Positions 26,493-35,711 of a DNA stretch of 64,000 nucleotides are shown here, one piece after another. The first letter of the stretch is position 1. Each line of letters begins with the position of its first letter. Origin of the DNA: a virus; IMG/VR virus record IMGVR_UViG_3300020438_004021, positions 72,241 to 136,240 of that record; one strand, given 5' to 3'. A model generated the notes under the pieces. That model did no database searches and was not told where the DNA came from. It was given only the letters and a program-made list of their open reading frames with translations. The translations under genes were made by a program, and so were the position numbers.

Positions 26493-27247
26493 GTTTAGGT
26501 GCAGCAAGAGCAGCTAGTACGAGACAGTACCAGGTATTGTCTACCACCAACATCACCTCCACTGGATCACAGAGTTATACTGTCCCAGAAGGAACAGTTT
26601 TCATTGAAATAGAGATGTATGGTGGAGGCGGTGGAGGTGGTGCAGGTCACGTAGCGGGTGGTAGAGGTGGGTCAACTCATAAAAGAGGAGGAGGTGGTGG
26701 TGGTGGTGCTTATGTAAGACATAAACTATTCATCGCCCAGTTAGTTGAGGATGCAGTCATCAACTTCACCGTTGGAGCAGGAGGAGCGGGTGGTGGTAAT
26801 GGTGGTGGACTCTTCCCCAATGATGGTGTTGACGGTGGGGACACCACATTAGTCAATATCGTCGCGCCTGGAGGTGGTAGTACCACAAGTTTGTCTGGAC
26901 CTTCTGCCGGTGGTGGGGCTAAAGGACTCAAAGGGAATAACAATGCTGCCGGAGGTCAGGTAGGAGTGGCAGCGGATGGAAACATAACCAACACGAACGG
27001 CAGTGCAGGGGAAGCACAGTCTGGTATTGGGTCTAGTGGTACTACTATTGCAGGTGGTGACGGTGGTGATGCTGGAGGTCCAGATGGTGGTGCAGGTGGT
27101 GACGGAGGTATCACAGGCTTTTCTGCTAAGGGCTTCGCAGATAACGGTGCTGCTCCAGGCGGTGGTGGTGGTGGAGGTGCGACTACTGTTGAAGACGATG
27201 GTGGTTCAGGTGCTGATGGAAAAGTTATTGTAAAGGCATTTGGATGA
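26489..27247 (+). CDS. Glycine-rich virion protein
   Basis: YTVP.G...IE..GGGGGGG...TVGAGG...G.DG.VIV. Confidence 0.8.
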   Translation: MSLGAARAASTRQYQVLSTTNITSTGSQSYTVPEGTVFIEIEMYGGGGGGGAGHVAGGRGGSTHKRGGGGGGGAYVRHKLFIAQLVEDAVINFTVGAGGAGGGNGGGLFPNDGVDGGDTTLVNIVAPGGGSTTSLSGPSAGGGAKGLKGNNNAAGGQVGVAADGNITNTNGSAGEAQSGIGSSGTTIAGGDGGDAGGPDGGAGGDGGITGFSAKGFADNGAAPGGGGGGGATTVEDDGGSGADGKVIVKAFG

Positions 27248-27251
27248 AGAA

Positions 27252-27259
27252 TATAAATA
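27252..27259 (+). promoter_or_regulatory. T4-type late promoter
   Basis: TATAAATA. Confidence 0.75.
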
Positions 27260-27279
27260 CCGATAAGAGGATTATTTGA

Positions 27280-27546
27280 ATGGCAGGAGCATCCAGAATA
27301 GTAATAGATTCTGCTGGTGGTATAATACTGGGACCTGGTTCTCAGTCGGTATTCATCAATGGTCTTAGTGCCAGTGTATTAGGAGACGCTGTTGAAGGAC
27401 ATGGGAATGGTAGTCACTCTTCTCCGAACGTGGTGACAGCATCCTCTAGTGTTTTTGCGGATGGTCAAGGAATGGTAGGCGAGACAAGTGTCACTAGTTG
27501 TGGCAAGAGTCCTACTGGTTCTGGTGACGTTTTTATAGGAGATTGA
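27280..27546 (+). CDS. PAAR-like spike tip (gp5.4-like)
   Basis: GS.SVFING....LGD...H...H....SSSVFA.G...CG....GS.DVF. Confidence 0.85.
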   Translation: MAGASRIVIDSAGGIILGPGSQSVFINGLSASVLGDAVEGHGNGSHSSPNVVTASSSVFADGQGMVGETSVTSCGKSPTGSGDVFIGD

Positions 27547-27547
27547 T

Positions 27548-28393
27548 ATGACATACTTTCACGAGACATTTCCGACCCAAGACATCAAAGACGGAATCAC
27601 TTTCGCAGTTAACATCCCTTCTGCAGAATTAACAGAAGAAGAAAAAGATGTAATTAATTTAGCATTGAGTGGTAACCACCCACTGGCAAATCCATATGGT
27701 TCAAGGATTGAGGATAGGGCATCTTCTGCCGATTCAATAGCAGATATTTTGTATGGTTTGGTGAATAGCATACCTCCCCCACCAGGTCAGGCTAGCGAAC
27801 TACAACTGGCACTCCTCAGGTCAGACACTGCTGATAACTTCGCAAGAATAGCCGACCACCTGAACAACGAATTTAGCGAGACCGGAACCGGTCCAAGTTT
27901 CAAAGAGCACACGGATAGGATAAGTGGGGAGACTCTACAGTCTGACGGTGAGAGATACCCTTTCACTGGTGTCCAAGGGATTGCTAGGGCATATAACGGA
28001 ATGAGAGAATCCATGAGGAACGAAGGTGAACCTGTTGAGGATAACTACTCAATTCTATTCACAAGCATACTGAGAGCAGGTAAAGACGTGATGAGAGACG
28101 TCGAAAGTCTAGTCACGTCCGATACCTCTATCTCAGGGATAACGATATCAGAAATTACACCGGCGGACATCGAAGGGATATCAGCAGACTCATTCAGGGT
28201 CGCCAATGGTATCATAGGGTTAATAGAAGAAGATAATGGTAATTTTGATGAAGCATTGAACTATGTGAAGGCTTATGGTCTGGGTAGCATGATACTTGGT
28301 ATGAATAGAGATACCTATTTTGGCAAGAGACTACTAGACGAGTCAGGAATAGCTACTGAGGAACTTCGTCAAGAACTAGATGATATTGTTTGA
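27548..28393 (+). CDS. Hypothetical protein
   Basis: Long ORF in the late operon. Confidence 0.7.
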   Translation: MTYFHETFPTQDIKDGITFAVNIPSAELTEEEKDVINLALSGNHPLANPYGSRIEDRASSADSIADILYGLVNSIPPPPGQASELQLALLRSDTADNFARIADHLNNEFSETGTGPSFKEHTDRISGETLQSDGERYPFTGVQGIARAYNGMRESMRNEGEPVEDNYSILFTSILRAGKDVMRDVESLVTSDTSISGITISEITPADIEGISADSFRVANGIIGLIEEDNGNFDEALNYVKAYGLGSMILGMNRDTYFGKRLLDESGIATEELRQELDDIV

Positions 28394-28396
28394 TTG

Positions 28397-28404
28397 TATA
28401 AATA
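28397..28404 (+). promoter_or_regulatory. T4-type late promoter
   Basis: TATAAATA. Confidence 0.75.
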
Positions 28405-28437
28405 ATAGTAGTTTACTATAGATTTAGAGGAACCCCC

Positions 28438-29103
28438 ATGACCACAGAGACCATAGAAATAGTTGACAACTCGTTCAACAATATTGATATATTGGGGTCT
28501 TGGGTCGAGGTGGGTATGGTGATAGGTGCAACAATAGTTGGTTTCATCATACTGCTACCAACTGTCAGACATTTTCTCAAATTAAACAAAACCATTCACC
28601 CGTGTTCTACCAAGTTCAGGGGTGTACACTCTAGAGTTCATGAGTTTCTGACTGAGTTGAGAGTTAAACTGCATGCCGATAGAGCAGTAATATTACAATT
28701 CCATAATGGTGGTTCTTTCCTAGATGGGTCTTCTATGAAGAAATTCTCGTCTACTCATGAATCTTGCTCGGTAGGTGTATCTGAGACCGCCAGTGTTAGG
28801 GCTGGTCTTCTTGCATCTAACTACATAGACATGCTGGAACATTTATCTTTGAACACACCTGACATCCATGCTACCTCCAGCATATCTGACTGCCAGTTTA
28901 GAAGGCATCTAGAATCCAACCATACCTTGGTATATAGTATGATGCCCATAAAAGACGTTAGAGGTGTTTCAGTTATGGGTTGTCTGTTGATAGAATGGTG
29001 TAATTGGGACAGGGCAGACCTAATAGACGAAGATAAAGTATCCGTAATCATCCCTGAGTATACTAGACATATCTCAGGTCAACTACATACTGGGGGGACA
29101 TGA
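28438..29103 (+). CDS. Putative holin (T4 gpT-like: one TM helix plus GAF-like domain)
   Basis: TM segment WVEVGMVIGATIVGFIILL; ADRAVILQFHNGG...THE. Confidence 0.5.
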   Translation: MTTETIEIVDNSFNNIDILGSWVEVGMVIGATIVGFIILLPTVRHFLKLNKTIHPCSTKFRGVHSRVHEFLTELRVKLHADRAVILQFHNGGSFLDGSSMKKFSSTHESCSVGVSETASVRAGLLASNYIDMLEHLSLNTPDIHATSSISDCQFRRHLESNHTLVYSMMPIKDVRGVSVMGCLLIEWCNWDRADLIDEDKVSVIIPEYTRHISGQLHTGGT

Positions 29104-29105
29104 TA

Positions 29106-29486
29106 ATGGTTAGATGGAAAGACTTAGATTTAGACTTCGATGCTCACCCGGTCACGGGTGAATTGAGCATACTAGAAGATGAAGAATCAGTGAAGAGGTC
29201 TGTAAGGAACCTGGTGTTGATGGCAAGATATGAGAAGCCCTTCAACCCAGCGATACAGTGCGGCATTAGACAAATGCTATTCGAACCTCTATCACCCATC
29301 ACTGCCCTGCATATGAGGCAGAACATTATAAGTGCCATCAAACAGTTCGAACCAAGAGCACATTTGATGGAGGTTCAGGTATTGGCAAAGACAGACCAGA
29401 ATGCTTTCAGCATAGAAATATATTTCAGAGTTAAGAATGCACAAAACGTGGTCAGTCTGGATTTAACCTTGGAGAGGCTAAGATAA
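29106..29486 (+). CDS. 25: Baseplate wedge gp25
   Basis: DLDL.F..HPVT, SV.NLV....EKPF.P, FEPR. Confidence 0.93.
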   Translation: MVRWKDLDLDFDAHPVTGELSILEDEESVKRSVRNLVLMARYEKPFNPAIQCGIRQMLFEPLSPITALHMRQNIISAIKQFEPRAHLMEVQVLAKTDQNAFSIEIYFRVKNAQNVVSLDLTLERLR

Positions 29487-31310
29487 ATGGCAACTAATAA
29501 TTCTAACTTAACAATCAGCAATCTGGATTTTGATGCAATAAAATCTAACTTGAAGAGTTATCTATCCGGTCAGACCGCATTCGCAGATTATAACTTCGAG
29601 GGTTCTGGTATGAACATCCTTCTGGATGTTCTAGCATATAATACCCACTACGAGGCATTCTATAATAATATGATTGCCAACGAGATGTTCCTAGATAGTG
29701 CAGTAGATAGAGATAATGTGGTTTCGATAGCTAAGCACCTTGGTTATACACCAACTTCCAAGAAGGCAGCAACCGCTACAGTAGACATAACACTAGGTGC
29801 TGGTCAAACAGCCGCCAATGAAACCACTTTTCCGGTAGGTTCGGTGTTTGGTGCTAATATGGATGGGAAAAGTTTCCAATTCGTAAACACGAGTGTGGGG
29901 ACTATTGACCCGTTTTCTTCAGGTGCACACATAAAAGGTTTGGAAATCAAGCAAGGGAAGTTGGAATCATTCACCTATGTCAAAGATGACAGCAAAGAGC
30001 AGAAATTCATCGTCCCTTCTTCTGATGTGGACATTAGCACCTTGTCTATTAGAGTTCAAGAATCAACTACCGATGACACCGGATATGGTGACAGTTGGAA
30101 ATTGTCTTCTGATTACAACGATATAACTTCAACCACCAAGGCATATTTCATTCAAGAGAATAGAGATGGCAGATTTGAGATTTACTTTGGAGACGGGTCC
30201 GTAGGGAAGACCCTTGGTGACGGAAATTTGATAGTATTTAACTACTTGAAAACCAATGGTTCTGAGGCTAATGGTTTGGGTCTGAGAGATACTTCATCAT
30301 CTAGAACCTTCACCTATGGAAGTTCCAGTGTAGTGTCAGTGGTCGGTGCAGCCGAGGGGGGTGCTGATAAGGAGTCTATTAACTCTATCAAAAGATTAGC
30401 ACCTCTAGCATACCAAGCACAGAACAGAGCGGTGACTACCGAAGATTATAAAACTCTACTCGTCAAAGATTACCCAGATGTAGAGTCTATCACCGTTTGG
30501 GGTGGAGAAGAAAACGACCCACCAAACTATGGCACTGTCTATGTATCTTTCAAACCTACTGTGGGGACCACAATTTCCGAAGTGACCAAAAGGTCCATCA
30601 AAAACTCATTGGCGAACGACAATTCTATAGTGGGCATTAATACCGAGATATTGGACCCAGAGTACATTTACGTTAGAGTGGACAGCGAGATTAACTATAA
30701 TAGTGCAAATTCGTCAGTGGATGAGAATGCTCTGAAGCAATTGGTATCTAATAAGATATATGAATTTGGAGATGAACAACTTGAGAAGTTCGACAAAGGT
30801 CTTAGATACTCAAAATTAATTAAAGAAATAGACAGTGTAGAAGATTCTATACTCAGTAATGAGACCAATCTAACTATGGAAATCAGGATGTTCCCGTTCA
30901 TTAACGAGAGTTATTCCTACAATGTGGAATTCGAGAACGAAATATTCCACCCACATTCAGGTCATAGTCCAGTCATCTCTAGTTCTGAATTCATTTACAT
31001 GGACTCTTCTGGTGTATCCAGACAAGTATTCTATGAAGACAACGGTGAAGGGACTATCAGGTTGATGTACTTCTTGGGTGGTGTTAAGACAGTTCTGGAT
31101 GGCAATGTTGGTTCAGTTGATTATGGAACTGGAAAAGTCGACCTAGACAGAATCAATGTCAAATCCGTGGTGGATGATGCCTTCATAAGAGTTAAGGCTC
31201 AACCTAAGGGGAAAGATATAGATAGTAAAAGAAGGACTATTCTTATCATTGATAGAGATGATCAAGAGTCGGTAACCGTTAGATGCAGCAGAGAGACATA
31301 CCTTAGTTGA
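29487..31310 (+). CDS. 6: Baseplate wedge gp6
   Basis: LDFD.IK.NL, DY.FEGS....LLDVLAYNTHY, FGDG..G, QNRAVT..DY. Confidence 0.95.
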   Translation: MATNNSNLTISNLDFDAIKSNLKSYLSGQTAFADYNFEGSGMNILLDVLAYNTHYEAFYNNMIANEMFLDSAVDRDNVVSIAKHLGYTPTSKKAATATVDITLGAGQTAANETTFPVGSVFGANMDGKSFQFVNTSVGTIDPFSSGAHIKGLEIKQGKLESFTYVKDDSKEQKFIVPSSDVDISTLSIRVQESTTDDTGYGDSWKLSSDYNDITSTTKAYFIQENRDGRFEIYFGDGSVGKTLGDGNLIVFNYLKTNGSEANGLGLRDTSSSRTFTYGSSSVVSVVGAAEGGADKESINSIKRLAPLAYQAQNRAVTTEDYKTLLVKDYPDVESITVWGGEENDPPNYGTVYVSFKPTVGTTISEVTKRSIKNSLANDNSIVGINTEILDPEYIYVRVDSEINYNSANSSVDENALKQLVSNKIYEFGDEQLEKFDKGLRYSKLIKEIDSVEDSILSNETNLTMEIRMFPFINESYSYNVEFENEIFHPHSGHSPVISSSEFIYMDSSGVSRQVFYEDNGEGTIRLMYFLGGVKTVLDGNVGSVDYGTGKVDLDRINVKSVVDDAFIRVKAQPKGKDIDSKRRTILIIDRDDQESVTVRCSRETYLS

Positions 31311-31321
31311 GGAATAATTAA

Positions 31322-33700
31322 TTGGCACTCATACCTTTACATCTTGGAGTCGACGGAATAACAATCAATGTTTTAGAGGGGGTATCTCTAGACATAGACA
31401 ACGGCGTCTCTTACCTGTTAAAGGACCAGATTCCCGATTTTGTTGTGTCGGACCATACTAAATTCTTAGAATTCTTAGAAGCATATTACGAATGGATGGA
31501 GACCGAAGGGAATCCTAAGTACGAATCCAACAAGCTGCTTAGCTATAGAGATATCGATGATACTATAGATGAGTACATAGACTTCTTCTCTAAGGAGTTC
31601 ATAGTCAACTTCCCCAAAGAGTTTGCAGACAAGAATACTGATAAGACGACTCTAATCAAAAACATCAAGGATTTCTATAAGTCTAAAGGTACAGAGAAGT
31701 CATATAAGCTGCTATTTAGACTGCTTTATGGTGAAGAACCTGAGTTGAAGTACCCCAACAGAAATATCCTGAAACTTTCTAGTGCTAGATGGATTGAGCC
31801 TACAGTATTGAAAACAACGAGGACTTTCTCTCCAGAGAAGATACCCGCAATGACGGGCGTCAAGATAAACCAGATAAATCCCACCAATGGCAACTTAGAG
31901 GCCTATGGATTCGTAGACTCAGCAGTTGCATATGAAAGAGACGGGTACGAGGTACTGGAGCTGGAACTATCTGGTATATTTGGTTCTTTCTCCCCAGAGC
32001 AGTACATAACGGCGACTCTTAATGATGGCACAGTTATATTTGAATATGTCTATCCAGTCTTAGATTCTATAGGGGTGTCTTCAGGGGCTAGCGGTTCAAA
32101 ATACTCTATAGGGGATACAGTCAATATATCTGGAAGTAGTTTAGGGGTAGGTGCGTTAGGGACCATTTCATCTGTAGGTATTAGTGGTGAGATAAATGCC
32201 ATAGAGGTGATTGATTCAGGAATCAACTATAGGTCTGTTGAGTCACTTACTGCCACCATATCTTCCAACGGAGGAACCGGAAGTGGTGCAACTCTAGGTG
32301 TTACTGGTGGTGGTTCCATTGTGAAAAAGAGCGGATTCTGGGAAGGAGACTCCGGTCTCCTCAGTTCCAGTATGAAGAGTCAAGACAACAGTTATTATCA
32401 ATCTTTCTCCTATGTGCTAAAATCTTCTAGGGATTTGTCTGACTATGCTGATATCATAAAGAAAATTGTCCACCCAGCAGGTTTCAAGCTGTTCGGAAGT
32501 GCACTCTTGAAAGAGACTATGGCAAAGGGTGCAACACTTACTGAGACTCTGAAAAAATATGAAGTCCCTCTCAACGGTCATTACACACCATATAGGTTCA
32601 TCACCGCTAGAAACTTAAGAGCGAACGGAATTGGAGGTTCAGGTGGTACTGACCTTTATCCGGATGGTTACGGTTGGTCAGCAGGTAGCACAGGATTCAT
32701 AGTGGGAGAAACTGCAGGAGTTGCCCACGCACCTAATGGGGGGTCGGGTCCACTTGGTGGAACAACCCACATAAATGAGAGTGTGGGTTCAGGAGCATCA
32801 AGCAATCAGATGACCGTAGCCGCTCATGGTACTGTAACAATATCAGATGCTTCCAAATTAGCAGTATCTCCTGCCCACTCCGTAACAATTTTGACTACAG
32901 ACGGCACAGCAATCACTGCTTCAGCACATGCCAGCACCACCACCACTACTAATACAAATACCCCAACATTCGAATTGGATACAAGCAGTGGACTATCCAC
33001 AGCCGCCAATCTAGCCACGTGTCTCAATGGCAATGCTAAAGTCACTGCCAAAACGGGTGGCAATGGTACAGTTGTTGGTATTACGCAAGCAGCCGTCGGT
33101 TCAACGGGTGAGACCGGTATTACACTAACGGACCCAGGTGATGATGGAATGACTAAGGTAGATTTCTCAGTCCACTATGAGCAGTCTGCAGGTCCTGGTG
33201 GCACCTTAAATGGTCCTAGAGGCGCACAATTCAACGTTGTGGGTGGTATATGGGGTGCTTCTGCTATGTCTTCCGGAGAGACTGGTGGTGGTTACTGGGA
33301 GATTTACCCACACCCCAACTCCAGAAGTATTTCAAGTATACCGAATACTTTGGGTTACACAGCGGACGTTATATTGATAGACCCACCACCTTCTGGTACG
33401 ACCTTCTACGTCGATGAGTTCGTTGTACAGCAGAACCCGTATTCACAATTGTCGGTAGGCAAGATATTGTCTTATGTAATAGACCCATTCCAGCATAGAA
33501 TCGAAGTTCAAAAGCTGGGTGGAGAATTCCTTCCCTTTGATATAAATATTATTGGAGGTTCTGCAGGAATGCTTGTGGGGCAATCTGGGGGTGCTACTGC
33601 AAATATAAATAGTGTGGATTACAGGTCCGCTACCGGTGACACGCAAAACGAGTTCACCTACATCAGTATTAGAGATTTCTTATTTGGGATAGAGAGATAA
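31322..33700 (+). CDS. 7: Baseplate wedge initiator gp7-like
   Basis: Q.P.FV...F..FLEAYYEW.E, KDFYKSKGT..S, QDN.YYQ.FSY, VHPAGF. Confidence 0.85.
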   Translation: MALIPLHLGVDGITINVLEGVSLDIDNGVSYLLKDQIPDFVVSDHTKFLEFLEAYYEWMETEGNPKYESNKLLSYRDIDDTIDEYIDFFSKEFIVNFPKEFADKNTDKTTLIKNIKDFYKSKGTEKSYKLLFRLLYGEEPELKYPNRNILKLSSARWIEPTVLKTTRTFSPEKIPAMTGVKINQINPTNGNLEAYGFVDSAVAYERDGYEVLELELSGIFGSFSPEQYITATLNDGTVIFEYVYPVLDSIGVSSGASGSKYSIGDTVNISGSSLGVGALGTISSVGISGEINAIEVIDSGINYRSVESLTATISSNGGTGSGATLGVTGGGSIVKKSGFWEGDSGLLSSSMKSQDNSYYQSFSYVLKSSRDLSDYADIIKKIVHPAGFKLFGSALLKETMAKGATLTETLKKYEVPLNGHYTPYRFITARNLRANGIGGSGGTDLYPDGYGWSAGSTGFIVGETAGVAHAPNGGSGPLGGTTHINESVGSGASSNQMTVAAHGTVTISDASKLAVSPAHSVTILTTDGTAITASAHASTTTTTNTNTPTFELDTSSGLSTAANLATCLNGNAKVTAKTGGNGTVVGITQAAVGSTGETGITLTDPGDDGMTKVDFSVHYEQSAGPGGTLNGPRGAQFNVVGGIWGASAMSSGETGGGYWEIYPHPNSRSISSIPNTLGYTADVILIDPPPSGTTFYVDEFVVQQNPYSQLSVGKILSYVIDPFQHRIEVQKLGGEFLPFDINIIGGSAGMLVGQSGGATANINSVDYRSATGDTQNEFTYISIRDFLFGIER

Positions 33701-33701
33701 A

Positions 33702-35687
33702 ATGGCAATCAAAAATGCTCTAAAAACACACATGCTACAGACTTTAATTGATAGCTTCTCTATCAATTCTAAAGACTCTTCATATCTCTTCATTTCAAGA
33801 CCAGAGGGATGGTCTGATGATTCATCTCCAGATAACTTTATTGACTGCACAAACGATTTTAATGATGTATGGAAGAGGATGATAGCGGCTAAGAAAATAT
33901 CTTCTGTGGATGCCTACCTGATGATTCCTAGGAACTCATGGGTCTCTGGGTCTACCTACGGGATGTATACCGACAACGATGATATGTCTGGTATAACGTT
34001 TTATACTACCAATTCTGAGAACAACGTATATAAATGTATCTTCAATGGTCTCTCTGGTGGTAGCACAACCAGCACCAAGACTTCAACGGACCAACCGTTA
34101 GGTGCACAGAGCAGTACGATAACTACTGGTGACGGTTTCAAGTGGAAGTTCATGTACAAAATCCCTGAGGCATGGACCAAATTCGCTGATAATGACTACA
34201 TTCCAGTTAAAAAATTGAAGATAGAAGATAACGTACCAGAAAAATACTCTGACGATAGATTCCTGCAATACTCAACTCAGTATAACTCCGTTAATGGAAC
34301 AGTTGAATACATTGATTTGACGGCATCTGGTTCGTCTTATGGTAATAATGTGCAATCTAAGAACTTTGGATTTGATGTTAATATCAGGACCAAGGCACTA
34401 GCCGCTGCGAACGTAGGCACAGGTGGTACTATACAGTTCAATCTCGGAGAGTCTACCACAGATGACTTCTACAACACTTATTCAGTGAATATTGTAAGTG
34501 GTGTGGGTGTTGGTCAGAGTAGAAGAATCGACGACTATACGGGTTCCACCAGAACTGCTACCCTAAGCTCTAGTTGGGATACAATTCCTGATACCACTAG
34601 TATCTATGAAGTCATGCCAGAGGTCATAATTGATGGAGATGGGGTTGGAGCAGAGGCTACTGCGGTCATAGAGTCCGCTGGTGGAATCACGTTAGAAGGG
34701 GTTCGAGTAACCAAACCTGGCAGCGGTTACACAAGAGCTATCGCTAGCATTAAAACATCTACCCCAATAGGTGCAGCCCTAGAACCATATCTATCTCCTT
34801 ATGGGGGTCATGGTTTCGACCCAGTTTCAGAACTCAGACCATCTAGACTGATGGTTATTGTTACATTGGACAGGGAAGATTCTGCTATAACCGGTGGCAA
34901 CTTAACTGGAACCTTCCCCATAGTTAATGACTTCAGGCAATATGGATTAATAAAGAATCCTGTATTAGCAACTGGTCCTAGGAAGGGTGAAGTCGCTGGT
35001 ACAGAAGTACAGTCAACTTCAACATTAAATGTAAGTGCTGCTACAGGTTCTGTATTCAATTTCGGTGACTTTACTGTCGGTGACTTGGTCATCGGAGAGA
35101 GCAGTAAGTCCTGTGGTGAGGTGGTCAACTGGTTCAGAAATACAGACACCTCTAAAGGTACATTGAACCTCCTGGATGTCGATTCAGAATTCTTAGTCGG
35201 CGAAAGCATCAGAGGACTTGGAACTGGTGCAGAGTGGACATCTAGCAATAAGGGTCTAGGATACGTTCAGTTCCAAGAAGACCCTGTAATCACGCAAACA
35301 AATAGCAGTTACAGATTGACCACATACTTAGAGATACAGTCAACCGCAGGTAATGCGGGGCATACCTACTTAGCCTCCAACTTCGATTTAGACCAGGTAA
35401 TTGGTGGTGCTAGTGGTAGTTCTGCCACCATTGTAGAGTATATTCCTAGCGGTGGTCAGACAGCATCATTATACCTGACTACCTTATTAGGTTCATCTGG
35501 AGCAGACTCGCACGGTTTCACGATAAACGAGAAGTTGGCAGGAGTTACTATATCATCTGCAATAAATAAGATAGAAATACCAGAATTTGTCAAGGGTGCT
35601 GGTGAAATATTATACATAAATAATAGTACACCCATTACCAGACAGAACGAGCAAGAAGAAGAAGTCAAAATCATAATAGACCTATGA
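33702..35687 (+). CDS. 8: Baseplate wedge gp8
   Basis: VYKCI.N, DG.KWKFMY, GGHG.D, NDFRQ.GL, G.ILYI.N..PI.R...Q.EE.KII. Confidence 0.9.
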   Translation: MAIKNALKTHMLQTLIDSFSINSKDSSYLFISRPEGWSDDSSPDNFIDCTNDFNDVWKRMIAAKKISSVDAYLMIPRNSWVSGSTYGMYTDNDDMSGITFYTTNSENNVYKCIFNGLSGGSTTSTKTSTDQPLGAQSSTITTGDGFKWKFMYKIPEAWTKFADNDYIPVKKLKIEDNVPEKYSDDRFLQYSTQYNSVNGTVEYIDLTASGSSYGNNVQSKNFGFDVNIRTKALAAANVGTGGTIQFNLGESTTDDFYNTYSVNIVSGVGVGQSRRIDDYTGSTRTATLSSSWDTIPDTTSIYEVMPEVIIDGDGVGAEATAVIESAGGITLEGVRVTKPGSGYTRAIASIKTSTPIGAALEPYLSPYGGHGFDPVSELRPSRLMVIVTLDREDSAITGGNLTGTFPIVNDFRQYGLIKNPVLATGPRKGEVAGTEVQSTSTLNVSAATGSVFNFGDFTVGDLVIGESSKSCGEVVNWFRNTDTSKGTLNLLDVDSEFLVGESIRGLGTGAEWTSSNKGLGYVQFQEDPVITQTNSSYRLTTYLEIQSTAGNAGHTYLASNFDLDQVIGGASGSSATIVEYIPSGGQTASLYLTTLLGSSGADSHGFTINEKLAGVTISSAINKIEIPEFVKGAGEILYINNSTPITRQNEQEEEVKIIIDL

Positions 35688-35711
35688 TTTACCTAGGAGC
35701 GATTTCCAAAG

